Origin: Sphyrna mokarran
Taxonomy: Eukaryota
Assembly (NCBI GenBank): GCA_024679065.1
Contig: JAGIQG010000011.1
Location: forward strand, 6,820,001 to 6,884,000
DNA: 64,000 nt
Direction of reading: 5' to 3'
Position 1 is the stretch's first letter. Every line of letters starts with the position of its first letter. Shown piece after piece: positions 40,003 to 52,999 of this stretch. The position numbers were made by a program, and so were the translations under genes. The notes beneath the pieces are model-generated. The model made no database searches and was not told the DNA's origin. It saw only the letters and a program-made list of their open reading frames with translations.

Positions 40003-41240
40003 GCATATGAACAAGGCGGAGTGGGCCATTTGGTCGATTGAGACTGCTCCCTCTTTCAATAAGACCTTAGCTGATCTGATTTTAACCTCAATTCCACATT
40101 CCTGCTTTCTCCCACCCTCACCCGTAACCTTTCACTCCCTTGCTCATCAAGAATCTATCTATCCCTGCCTTAAAAGTATTCAAAGATTCTGCATCCACCA
40201 CTGTTAGATAAAGAGTTTCAAATACTCAAGATCCTCAGAGAATTATTCTTCCTAATCTCTGCCTTAATTGGGCGACCCCTTAATTTTAAATAGTGATACC
40301 TAGTTCTAGGTTCTCCCACAAGAGGAAACATCTTTTCTAGATCCACCTGTCAAGACCCCTCAGGATTTACATGTTTCAATCAAGTCACACCTCTTACTCT
40401 TCTAAACTCCACTGGATACAAGCTTAGGTCCAGCCTTTCCTCACAAGACAACTTACCATTTGAGGTATTAGTCTAGTAAACCTTTTATCAATTGTTCCCA
40501 ATCTATTTATATTCTTCCTTAAACAAGGATATCAATACTGTTCACAGTACTCCAGACATGATTGCACCAATGTTCTATAAATTGAAACATAAACTTCCTC
40601 ACTTTTGTATTCAATTTCCATCCCTATAAATATTAGCACTCTATTAGCTTTCTTAATTTACTGCTTGTATTTGCATACTGATCTTTTGCAATTCAAGTAC
40701 TTGGACACCCAGCTCCCTCTGTACCTCAGAGCTCTGCAATCTCTCACCATTTAGATAATATGCTTCTTTTACACTCTTCCTGCCAAAATGGATAACCTCA
40801 CATTTTTCCATGATATACTCCATTGGCCAGATCTTTCTCACTCAGTTAACTTATCTTTTTTAAAGCCTTTTTCTTGTCCTCTTCACAACTTATTTTCTTA
40901 TCTATTGCGTCATCAGCAAATTTAGCAACCATATGTCTGGTTGCTTCATCTAAATCATTTATGTGACTTATAAAATTTGAGGCCTCAGCAATGATCTTTT
41001 GGCACACCATTACATCTTGTCAACCAGAAAATGATTCATTTATGTCTGTGTACTGTTTCCTGTTAGTTAGCCAATCTTTTATCTGTCTGAATATGTTACC
41101 CCCTACTAATTGAGCTTTAATTTTCTGCAATCATGTTTGATATGGCTTCTGAAAATCTAAGCATAGCCCATTTACTGGTTCTCTCTCTGCACAAAATGTT
41201 ATTTCTTCAAAGAAATCCAATAAATTGGTTAAACATGATT
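40003..41240 (-). mobile_element. CR1 LINE 3' part, decayed
   Basis: ORF piece EKCEVIHFGRK...YYLNGERLQSSEVQRELGV, with the CR1 tail at the left end. Confidence 0.85.
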
Positions 41241-42200
41241 CTGTTGTGATAATAAGTATTTTCATGGCTGTTGTGATAAATGTGCTTTAATCATTGTTAC
41301 TCAAACAATGATTACTTCAAAATCATTATTGTTTTCTTCCCACTCCTCTTAAATTATTGCATAAATGAAAATTGTTTTGTAAAGCATGCTGAAGTGCTTC
41401 AAAAAAGGACAAGGAAATTGGACACCAAGAAGAATTTAGAAAAAATAGCTGAGATGACCGAAGCACTGGTTAAAGAGGTAAATTTTGAAGATAGATTAAA
41501 ATGGGCAAAGGTACAACACAGTCTGGAAGAGTGTCCCAAAGCATAAGACTAGAGTGGTTCAAAGCTGCAAATGATAATGATTCACAAGGGGGCAAAAATA
41601 GAAGAGTGAGGAGATTTAAACTAAGACGGAGGACAAGACAAGAGTGCAGAAATCTGGTGTAGAAAGATTCCAAAAAGAAATTAAAAATATTTGGGATGGT
41701 GTGTTAATGGGGATTTATGAATGATAAGACACAACACAATAGGGGATGCGACAATCTAAGCAAACATGATGTTCGAAGTAAGATGACATTCAAGTCATAG
41801 TAGTAGAAAGCCTTGAATGAATTGAGTTATTGAGAGGTATGGAGGGGGAAAATAGAAAGCATCAAAAGTGCCCACTGAACAAAGTCTTCGAAAAATGACA
41901 TCTTGAATGCTTTTGCCCAAGTTGATTTGAGGTCACTGCTAGAATATATGGAAAACATTGAATCAACTCCCAATTGTTGCACCAGCATAAGTTCTCAGCC
42001 TTCCAACTGTTTGAACAAATTTCATTGAAATATGTGCAGTACTAAAATAGATGTACCAAACTTGATCCTTTCAAACTTTATCCACAAACGTTACAATGGC
42101 AAATTTGGGGCTGCTGCCAATAATATTACTTAATATATGAAAACCAAACAACTAAAGTCAGATATTTGATTCCATGTTCTGTGTATGCTTTAATAGGGAC

Positions 42201-42333
42201 CCTCATCCGATGAAGAAGCAGCGCTTCCAAAGCTAGTGGCTTTTGCTACCAAATAAACCTGTTGGATTTTAGCCTGGTGTTGTGAGACTTCTTACTGTGT
42301 TTATCCTAGTCCAACGCTGGTATCTCCACATCA
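42201..42333 (+). mobile_element. Short Penelope-like element D, family of C
   Basis: ccGATGAagaagcagcgcttcCAAAgctagtg...ccaaataaacctgttgga...ccaacgctggtatctccacatca. Possible TSD taatagggac / taacagggtc. Confidence 0.75.
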
Positions 42334-42737
42334 TAACAGGGTCTGCCCAGAGCTTGGCACATGGATGACCTTAGCCCAGTCCACTGTTTCTTTTGCAGAA
42401 ACTCCTAACAAGTCATTTTGATGAAATTTTGGAGCACCAGTATTATGCTCATAAACAGACCACTCAGCTTGGAATTTGATCAATATCTCAGTTCTGATAT
42501 TATCTGTAATATTTATAGAAAAAGATGTACCCAGGCAGAAAACATCTCTCACGCGCCACCGCTGTTATTCTGTTCACAGACATGCCAAGTCCTGTACCTT
42601 CCTGAATAGCTTTTGATGAGGTTTTTGTTTTAACTGCACAGTATATAAATGCAAATAATCTAAATACCATTACTATCTGATCTGAGTTATTCCAACACCC
42701 TGTCACCAGAGGGCGTTCTAGATAAAGAAACACTTAC

Positions 42738-42890
42738 AATCATCATCTGCTCTTCTTTGTCCCCGCTCTCCTTGATAATAATTCGCTCAATCTCCTGGTT
42801 AAGACCCTCAACACTGTTGCGGAATCGGGAAACCGTTGACTTTGAAATAGGAATAGCCACTGGAATTAAAACAGTCTTTGGAATGGGTGC
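42738..42890 (-). CDS. FAM117B: FAM117B internal exon (153 nt)
   Basis: Bounded by tgtgttctAG and GTaagt, phase 0/0. Encodes APIPKTVLIPVAIPISKSTVSRFRNSVEGLNQEIERIIIKESGDKEEQMMI, containing the conserved SVEGLNQE motif. Confidence 0.95.
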
Positions 42891-43012
42891 CTAGAACACA
42901 ATTTTGAAATAGCACATCAGTACAGAGGGAAGTACAAAGCTGCAAATTAATGCAAGCCATTTAAAAATACATAAAAATATTAACTCTAAAAACGGATTGT
43001 AAAAGATGCAAC

Positions 43013-43074
43013 ATCTTGTTCAATGATCTAATTGTCAATTTTAATCTTGTTCAATGATCTAATTGTCAATTTTA
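43013..43074. repeat. Perfect tandem duplication, 31 bp x 2
   Basis: atcttgttcaatgatctaattgtcaatttta occurs twice in a row. Confidence 0.95.
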
Positions 43075-43869
43075 CAAATCTCATACCGAAGGTTTGACCA
43101 TAGAGACATCAAGAGAAATTTAGGCCTCTTTTGTAGAAGGCATGCAACCATTTGTTATTAATACTGTTTTTCCATCAAGTCACTTCCAAGACGTATTGAT
43201 ACAAGATCTGGAGAACAAATTAAGAGTTGGCTTAGTGATCTTGTCCCACCAGGCCATCGCTGCACTCACTGATTTTTACTATTCTCTTAAGTATAGAGAT
43301 TTTAAAATCTTAATCCTCAAGGCCTCCCTATCTCATGCAGCATATTGCTCCACAGTTCACTGTCCTACTTATCTCTCCTTGGAATGTTAACAGTCTGATT
43401 CTGCATCCAAAATTAGCAAATGATCTTTCAGCAGTCTTGGTCTTACTTTTCAATTCCACTAAACCTTCCCATGATTTTGAGATCTCTGTCAGTCATCTCA
43501 TCTGGTCTTGCTTCATATTCGAAGTGAAGGGCCTTGGTATGCTTATTAACATCATCCACAAAAATGGAACCAGATTCCAAATATATGTTGATGATATCCA
43601 GCTCCAACTCGCTCAACCCTTTACTGCTTCAAAGTTAACAGACTGAACAACATCACATCTCGGGTGACCCACTTAGATGGAGATGATCAAGGCCACTATC
43701 TTTGGGCCTGCTCATGAGCTGTGACTTTATCCATCTCCTTGACCATTAGGTAGAATCTTACCGTACACAATTACTCTGCTCTGTTTGACCATGCTCTTCT
43801 GACCATATCTGAAAGACTGCTATCTTTTGTCTCTATCCCTTCAGCACTTTTACACAACATTGTGGAGAA

Positions 43870-45385
43870 ATCTGGAAGTGACAATAATTGAAGGTCCACT
43901 GGAATTATCCTTTACCATGGAAATTTCACAGCATATCTTGCCCAAATGACTCCGTCAAGTTCTCCTTACTAATATCTGAGGGCTCGCAGGAAAATTGGGA
44001 GAATGATCCCAGAAGTTAGTCAAACAATCCAACAGAGTTACATTTGTCACATTATACCTTACATGATGCATCCCAGATTCCTCTAATAGCAATCTGGGAT
44101 ATAACTGGTCCTACTGGAAGTGATGGCACAACAGGAGTTTTCCCCAGGAATCTTCAACATTCACTCTGGACCTCAAGACCCCAGGTCAAAATGGACAAGG
44201 TTATCACTATTCTCTGCTGGCCCCTCCTTGAAAGAAGCACTGAGGGACAAGGGCACAAAACATACTGTGGATAGGGGAGTTCAATGATTATCATAATGAG
44301 TGGCTCACTAGTACAATGGATAATACCAGACAAAAGGAAAATCCTCCTTGATCTCATGATAACTGTCTCATGACAATATTGTTTGCAGTCCTTACAGAAG
44401 CAAAATCCAGTCTTCAGGATACAATCCATCCTGTTGTGTGGCACCATCACCTTATTGAAATCCCTAGTGTCCTTGACCCAACTATTTGGAGCTGCTCTAT
44501 CATGTCACCTCCCCTTCATCATAAGGTAAAACATGGAGATTTACATGACAATTGCATAGTATTCAGTAGCATTCAACTCCTCAGATTTGAAGCAGTCCAT
44601 GGCCACATTCACCAAGTCCTGGACAACATTCAAGCTTCAACTGTTAAGTAGCAAGTAATATCTGTACCATATAAGTGCCAGACAGTGACCATCTTCAACG
44701 AGAGAGAATGTAACCATCTCCCCACGACATTTAACAGAATTGTCATTGCTGCATACCTGATTATAAATATTCTAGTGGTTACAATTGGTCTGAAATCTAA
44801 CTGCAGCTAAATACAAGAGCAAGTAGAAGCTGGGAACTCTGTGATATGTTGCTCCTGACTTCCAAAGTCTGTCTATTATCTATAAAGTACAAGTCAGAAG
44901 TGTGATGGAATACTTTCCACTTGCCTTGATGAATACAGCTCCATCAATACAAGAACCTCAACAACATCCAGGACAAAATAAATCCCCCACCTTAAATTTC
45001 ACTCCCTTGACCATAGGCACACTATGCCAGAAATGGATACAATACAGAAGATGTACTGCAGCAACTTGTCAAATCTCCTTCAAGAGAAACTTTTAATCCC
45101 ACAGAGTCTACCACCTAGAACAAGGGAGCAGATGCACGTGAATACCATCATTTATGTGTTCCCTTCCAAGCCATATACCATCCTGACATGGGAATATATT
45201 GCAGCTCTCTCACAGTAGTTGGTTTAAAAACCTGGAACTCCTTTCCTAATTGTGTGTGGTTGAACCTATACCAGGTGAACTGCAGCAGTTCAAGAGGCAT
45301 CAACCACCATCTTTTCCAAGGCAATTAGGGATTGGCAACAAACATCAGCCTCACCAGCAGTGCACCATTCCATGAAAAAAAGTTT
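43870..45385 (+). mobile_element. Decayed LINE (CR1/L2 group), internally deleted
   Basis: RT remnants (DLHDNCIVFSSI) and the 3' tail ggcaattagggattggcaacaaac...ttccatgaaaaaaa. Confidence 0.6.
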
Positions 45386-45781
45386 ATTTGAAAATAGAAT
45401 GAAAACCTTTCCAGTGTTACAAAAATGCAGTCCAAGACTGTCACAAATTTCTCAGCACCAGCACTTATAGTGCACCAAATTGGTATAATTCCATTCAGTC
45501 TATAAAGATTGCTGAATACAAGGACAATCATAAATTAACATGCTGATTCTGCTGCAAAAGATAGTTAGTCTTTCTAAATCATGTTGCAGGTATCATTTCC
45601 TAGAAATGACAACAACCGAAATTGTTGATCTTAACCAGAATGGTAGCAGGGCTAAATAATTTAAGCTTTTTGAAGAAGAAAAAGAATCAGCCGAGTTTCT
45701 TCCTCCTCAATGTTATTCAGAAAGCACTGATGGAAACTATGGTTACAATCTGGCTGGATAGCAACAGCCGCATAGTCAAAT

Positions 45782-46716
45782 AGATTGGGCTAATAAATGG
45801 TAAGTAATATTTATGCCACAAAACGTCAGGTTATGACCATCTCCAACAAGAGAAGACATAACCATCTCCACATGAGATTTAACTGCATTGCCCTCACCAA
45901 ATCCCCACCATCAACATTCCAGTAGTTACCAGTGGCCAGAAACTTTCTTTAGTAAGAATCAAATACTGTTTCATCTGGGCTAAGTCACAGCCTGGGTGTT
46001 CAGTGTGATTACAGTACCACAGTGTGCTGCAATTTCTTTCCATTCTGTTTCAAAGAATGGTTATTTGAGTGAGTACTTATGACAATAACTGGCAGCATGT
46101 AACCATACATTAGCAGGAGCCAATCTTTTTACAACAGGAAAAATGGGGGAGGGGGAGCACAACACAGGAGAAGAGGATTGAAGTGTGACTTTTAAAATTC
46201 TACCTGGGATGTGGGTAATTTTGGCAACTCCATGTCTTAATCTCCATCTTATGTTGCACCAAAAAAATTGGTGGTGACTCTTCTTCTTGAACAATTGCAA
46301 TCTGTCTACTGGAAACACAATATTGTAAGGGAAGGTGTTCAAGGAGTTTGACTCAACAACAACTGAGGAATAGTGATACATGTCCAAATCAGATTCACAT
46401 AATGTAGAAGTAATGTTTCTCCACGGATTTGGTAAATACTGCTGATGGTCTCTTGGCAATTTGCCTAGGCTGTACACACTGCATCTACTATAGTCACACT
46501 GAACACCCAGGCTGCAACTTGGTCCAGAAACACTATCTGATTGTTCTAGGGAAAGTTTCTGGCCAATGGTAACTGCTGGAATGTTGATGGTAGGGATTTG
46601 GTGAGGGCAATGCAATTAAATCTCATGGGGAGATGGTTATGTCTTCTCTTATTGGAGATGGTCATAACCTGACATTTTGTGGCATGAATGTTACTTACCA
46701 TTTATTAGCCCAATCT
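45782..46716. repeat. Inverted duplication of ~235 bp (45782-46016 vs 46486-46716)
   Basis: agattgggctaataaatggtaagtaa...cagtgtgattacagta is the near reverse complement of tactatagtcacactg...ttacttaccatttattagcccaatct. The right arm is part of a minus-strand LINE piece at ~46195-46960. Confidence 0.9.
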
Positions 46717-49700
46717 GGTTTCTGCCCAAATTTTGCAACATGAGCATGGACAACTTTATTACCTGAGACCTGAGAAATTGGCTTTACACTATCAGAGAAC
46801 AGTTCAACCACTGGCATAAAAAGGTGGAGTGGGGAGGGGACACTGATGAAGCAAGTGTAAATGGTTAGGTTGAGGATGCTTGAGGAACTTCTGTAGCAAT
46901 ATATAAGACTCAGATGATTACTCTCCAATGATCCAACCATCTTCCTTTACTCTCCAATCCATCAAATATCTCAAGTATGTAGAGTAGTTCTTTTGCATAT
47001 GGAGCAAAGTTTTCACCTGAAGGAGATCGCATTTCCTGTGGAGTTGGAATCCCGTCCCCAAATACATTTCCTGGCAAATCTTTTTAGCAAATAAACCTCT
47101 TCAAAATATTCAGTTATTAAATAACAAGAGCAAATGACCCACGAACAAAATGTTAACAATGACCAAGTCAAACTCAAGAGAAGCTCAACAACTTAAACCC
47201 TAAAAAAAGATTGACAAGTTAGGTCCATTGACCCAAACAGGTGCCGGAGTATGGTGACTAGGGGAATTTCATAGTAACTTCATTGCAGTGTTAATCTAAG
47301 CCTTACTTGTGACTAATAAATAAAAACTTTAACTTGGATTGTCCAAGCAGTCAATGAACTGTATATGCAGGATTAACAACTGTAACATAATCGCCACAAG
47401 ATTGAATTATCTGCCAGTTACTAGATAAATGCAGATTGTATGCCTTTAAGAAAAAGAAAACATGACTAAAATTTAATTGCTATCCCATATTCAACATATT
47501 CAAGGCAAGTGAAACTTGAGAAAGAATGCTACTTTTTTCTGTGATTACTACTGTCTAAACTATCAGAATAGTAACCAGCTTTGGTTCTCTGCTAATTTTG
47601 TTCTGAAATCAGTGAGCATTTCTGGCAGTCTCTGGTTCTTCTTTACTATTTCCTTACGGGGAGTCAGATTTTCTTCTCAGCACCACACTCAGAGGATGAC
47701 CTGAGATCAGATCACAGATACAAACATTTCAATGTTAATTACAAGGTACTTTGGTTGTTGGGGCTTTAATGCATTGGGCTGGAGATGACAGTAGATTTCT
47801 CTGCCATTCTGTTGCACATATTTTTACTTGATATTGTGCACTTGCAGCATTTGATGCTATTTTTAGACACTAGTGAAAACATTAGATTTCTGTACATTTC
47901 AGTCAGAGTAGCAGCAACAGGCATAAATTTGCATTTGTAATTCCACACTGAATTGCTGATCTTACTTAATATGACAGCAGTTAATGTACTTCCCAACACC
48001 AGAGTGCCTTTTTTTACCCAAAAAAAAAGAGTGCTACAATTGTGGTGTTGGGAAAGAGACATGGTTTAAATAAGATACCATAATTATACCTCATCATAGA
48101 TTTATTCAGAAACACTACTTTCCGTGGAGGTAGAATTACAGAATTTGATTATTCAAAATTTCTACGGATCAAAACAGTGTGTGGATAATAACAACCAAGG
48201 ATTAAAACACGAAGCATTAAATAAATATATTCTGATTTGATCAGAATTAGTGATTGAATATCAAACCACTATGTAGGATCTTGCAGAATGCTATGTTCAA
48301 AAATTCTGCTGCAGAAAACTCTGTCATTACTATTCTTTTCCTCACCAATAGGAAAATGTGATGTTTAATTTTGACAGCTGAAAATAAATTGAATATCTCA
48401 GATCGAGGAGATGCATGTGATTCAGTAACTAATGTGCCAGTAATGACAAACCAATTGTGCACAATAAACAATTTTCTCTCTAGCCTGCAAATGACAATCT
48501 ACCCTACTTGCAGAACAATGAATCTCTGCATTTATTTTCCCTAGTAAAAATGCAACATAGTCCCCAAATATTTCAAATATAAATGCAGCTTTAAACATGA
48601 CAGCATTTCACGTTACCAGCAGCTTTTAAATGTCAATCTCTTTGAACCAAGGCTCACTTTCAACAGTTTTTGTTTCAAGAAAATGGATTGCTCGAACGGA
48701 AAACATGTTCTCAGCGTTTCGTTCTTTTTTCCCTAATACCGAGCCCCTCACCTCCTGCATTAACCTGCTCGCAGCCATTGCGAATAATAAATTTCACAGC
48801 CTTCTGACGAGTCGACAATATGAACAACATCCGCACATTGCAGAGATGTAAATTGCCTGGCTGGCGCACTTCTCTTCTGCAGCACCGAGTCCTCTCATCA
48901 ATAAACCTTCATTAGCATATCAATGACGCTCCAAGTTTCCGTAGCTTTAACAGAAAATGCATCCTGCATCTCAAATGACCCTTTCTATTCTTTGCTGTTT
49001 TACTTCACTAGTTCTGTACAAAGTGCCATGTGCCTCACGGAGCCTGCTAGACTGCAGACAGCATGAATTCTCTCTTCTGACCAGCAATGCACCCCACCCC
49101 CTATCAGCAGCAGTAGCAGTGCTGTTATAAACCCTTTTACCTACAGCCAATACACGCACTGCAGGAACCAGGGCTGCTCGGCAAAGAAGGAATATTAATA
49201 AAAACCTTTTATTGGTCGAGGGCCGGCTAGCATCCTCCTTCATCAACGCTTCGATCAATCATAGCTCGCCAAAATCATTCTCACAACAGTGAGTTTCACT
49301 TTAACCCTTTGATTAGTGTGTTGAATACTGTACACTGTTTACAACCTACATCAGCTCTTTTGGACCAGATCTGTCAAAAAGCCCAATTATAAACGCATTG
49401 GTATGAACTTCAACTGAAGAGAGAAGCAAGAAAATTTGTTTTTCTGGTTTCCGAAGCCTTCTGCCAGTTTGTAATTTGGGATGGACCATAATTAATTCAA
49501 AATAATGCTATTGGTACCTCTAAAAACTGAAGTGAAGCGCACAGTTAATAATGTCCATTCATCGAGCCAACACACATTCTAGTTTCAATTATTCTTCAAA
49601 CCCAATTTAATTACACTCCAAAGTGCTCACAGTATGGAGCTGTAGTTCTTCCCCTTGTATAGTTCATTATATATTCATTTATTTTAGAATAATACCAGTC

Positions 49701-50079
49701 CTGTTTGGCAGATTACACATAAAGCAAGGATTGCAGTGGAAAAGAGAAATGCATCCAACAGAATTTGTTTCTTTTTTTAAAGTGTACCTTAACAATTTTC
49801 TGTCTTTGGGAATAGTGGTGAGGTAGTGCAAGGAATCCCGGGCTAATTATCAGCCCATTCAACCATATCATGAACATTCTTTCCATGGCCAACAAGCCTG
49901 AATCTGGAGCTATAAATCTATTCCAATTTAAGATATCTGTGTAGATATCGTCAACTCCTACCAGTATAGGTATTCATCAAATAGTTAACAATTAACACCA
50001 AAAAATTAGGAACATTTTAAAATTTATTCACGGGATGTCAGTATCACTGGGTAGGCAGCATTGTTGTCCATCCCAAATT

Positions 50080-50297
50080 TTACTCTAGCCTTGAAGTTAC
50101 AAAACCAGTGCTCAGAGTGGACCAGCCAGAGCCACATTCTTTCCTTACTTGCCCCAAAAACCAAGTTCAAAATCCAAGTGAATCCAATTCATGGTCCCAT
50201 GAGACAAAGAGGATTCAAGGTGACAACACAAGATATTGCACCTCATCTTGGGCTTGCTCCAGTGATGCTTGATCTTAGCCAAAAGCCAAGAAGCAAT
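50080..50297 (-). mobile_element. U2 snRNA-derived short retroposon (SINEU-like)
   Basis: Minus strand starts ATTGCTTCTTGGCTTTTGGCTAAGATCAAG (U2 nt 1-31). It later has TGGTTTTTGGGGCA...GTCCACTC...GCA.CTGGTTTTG, matching the U2 Sm site and 3' half. TSD cat(c/t)ccaaatt at 50069-50079 and 50299-50309. Confidence 0.8.
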
Positions 50298-52239
50298 GCA
50301 TTCCAAATTGCCCTTGGACCAAATGGCTTGTTAGGTAATTTCAGAAGGCATTTTCAAGAGTCAACTACATTGCTGTGAATCTGGAGTCACAGTTAGGTCA
50401 GGCCAGCTAAGAGTGACAGATTTCCTTCCCTAAAGGACATGAGTGAACAAATGAGTTTTTATGACAATCAACCATGGCTTCATGGCCATTAAGTTAATTT
50501 CACTGAATTCAAATTCCACTATTTGCCCAGGATGGATTCTGAAAAAGAGGGTTTCCCTTGTGGAGAGATTACAACGAGGGACACAGTTTAAAAATAAGGG
50601 TTTTTCCATTTAGGACAAAGTTCAAGAGAATTTCTCTTTGAGGTTTGTGAGCCTATGGAATTCTCTTCCTCAGAGTGTTAGAGGCAGGGTCATTGAATAG
50701 TTCCTTCGGGTGCTCCAGTTTCCTCCCACATTCTGAAACATGCTGGTTAGGTGCGTTGACCTACTGGACTGTGGCAACTAGGAGAATTTCAGAGTAACTT
50801 CATTGCAGTGTTAATGTAAATCTTACTTGTGGCTAATAAAGAAACTTTACTTGATTTACATCTCAACCTGCTTTGTTTTGTCTTTTCCCTTGTCTGCCTC
50901 ATGCCCCTTCCAACTTTGAGAGAGCCAGAGTCATTGCAAGTGAGGAGGCCGCCAATTTGAGCAATTGAATCCATGCCAGCTCTCTTCAGGGCAATCCAGT
51001 CAGTCCCATTTCCTCACTTTATCCCTTGCAAGTGTATTTGCTTCAAATATAGTACAACGAGAGATGATCTTATTGAAAAACAAGATCTTGAGGGGACCTG
51101 ATAGGATGGATGCCAGGAAAATGGCTCCTCTTGTAGAGAAGATTAGATCCAGGGAATACAGTCTAAGCAGTTTTCTTTTTAAGACAGAGAGGTAGCTGGT
51201 TTGTGGAATTTTCCTCCTAGGAAAATAATAAAGGCTGGGTCACAGAATTTATTCAAAGCTGAGTTAGATAGATTTTTAGTGGACAGGGGAAGTTAGAAGT
51301 TATTGGGGGAGAGGGGGGTGGCGGGGTGTGTAAGGAGGTGATTGAGACCACAACTAGATCAGCTATGATCTTATCAAATGACAGAGTAAGCTTTAAAAAC
51401 CAAAAGACCCTTGCTGAATGTTTCTACATGATTATTTGATTTCCTTTTGAAATCTTCAATTCTATCTTCCACATAAGCAACAAGTTACAGACCTCTTTGC
51501 ACACCCCTCAATCATATACCCAGAGGCTTAAACCAGTGTCTCTTCGTCCTTATACCATCAGCTATTGGGAACAGCTTTTCTTTATCTTTTTATCTAAACT
51601 TGAAATAATCTTATGCTTTTATCAAATTTCTCCTCAAACTCTTTTGCTCCAAGGTGAAAAACCCAATTTCTCCAGCCAGCTTTGCAACCAAAATCCTCCA
51701 TCCCTGAAACTGTGCTGCATAGTGGCAAATGCCAGAAGAAACGAGAGCTGAATGAGAATAGAAAGAGATATATAGTGAAGGTGTGGAGTAAGCTAGAGTC
51801 AAGGAGGAGTGAGAGCTGAACAAAATAAACAACACTGTGGCAGAGCATGCCCAAGACCAGGAGTAGGAGAAGCAATTCAAACATATTGACAAAATGAAAG
51901 AAAGGGAGGTCAGAATTGGTGCAGAGATGAAGGAGCAACCGAACCCAAGGGACCTAAGATTGTGATGGAAACTAAATACTGATGTAAGGATTGCAATTCT
52001 ACATGGAATAAAAGAACAAAAGGATCATGGAGGGCAGCTCTACTAATCAGTAAAAGTTATGGCAGGTCTGCAAGGCCATAAGAGAATCAAACCAAGCACT
52101 AGGTTTCAGCCAAAACTTTCCAGCACCACCTGCCCATTGCCAGATTCTTCCAGTCTCGCCTGAAGTTAATGGATTACTGTTGGTCAGCCACATTCTTGCA
52201 GCAGGTCCCACTACTACAGTCAGAAAATCTCGACATTCA

Positions 52240-52810
52240 CTTCTAGAGGAATAGAAGTAGTCAGGAGGTTATGCTGAACCTGTATTGTACCTTGGCTAGG
52301 TAGCACTTGGTACTACATGCAGTTCTAGTCAACATACCATAAAAGGAATAAAGAAGCAATAGAATGGGTGCAGAGAAGATTAATAAAAATTATACCAGAA
52401 ATGAGGGTATTCATATCAGGAAAAGATAAATAGGCTGCGTTTCTTTCTTGAAAAAAAATCCAATAGAGGTCTTAAAATTTTGGAAAATTAGACAGAATGG
52501 ACACAAAGAGAATGTTGCCTCTTGTGAAAAACAGCATAATTAGAAACCATCAAAATAGCAGTCACAAAGAAATCCAATAGAATTCAGAAAAATCTTCACC
52601 CTAAGAGTGGTAAGACTGTAGAAGTCCTTAACATGGAGATGGTTGAAGTGAATATTGTAGATGCCTTTAAGGGGAGGCTAGTCAAGCATGACGGAGACAG
52701 GACTAGATGAAGTTAGACAGACAGGAGGCGGTTCATGTGGAACATAAACACTGGCATATACTGATTGGGAAGAACAGCCTGTTTCTCTGCCATATGTCCT
52801 GCATAATCCA
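52240..52810 (+). mobile_element. CR1 LINE 3' fragment
   Basis: Decayed equivalents of LY..L.RPHLEY..QFW and ERVQRR, followed by the CR1 tail. Confidence 0.75.
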
Positions 52811-52999
52811 AAGTAATCCTGTGAAAAGGAACTAGAACCATTAAATCCAAGATTATTTTAAATGCAAGCATCAAATCTCAAGTTTTTCTAAAGTCTTAAG
52901 ATTGATTTCTGCTAAGTTTAGCAAATAGTCTAATAAATTGAAGCATGACAAAGCATCTCAGTCCCATTAGATATACATCCTGTTCCATGTGGGAACAGT

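Noticed and set aside
46061-46615. 184-aa minus-strand ORF
   Set aside because: It runs through a decayed LINE fragment and its tail in shifting register, so it is not a host gene.
48971-49258. 95-aa minus-strand ORF in the CpG-rich island as a possible FAM117B exon
   Set aside because: No similarity to the expected upstream FAM117B sequence (the QQLQRSK region as recalled) and no convincing splice pair.
50268-50297. U2 5' piece as a functional U2 gene or a Keno/Utopia target-site remnant
   Set aside because: GUAGUA and stem II are missing, no snRNA promoter is visible, and no retrotransposon ORF is adjacent. U2 similarity resumes downstream inside the same TSD pair.
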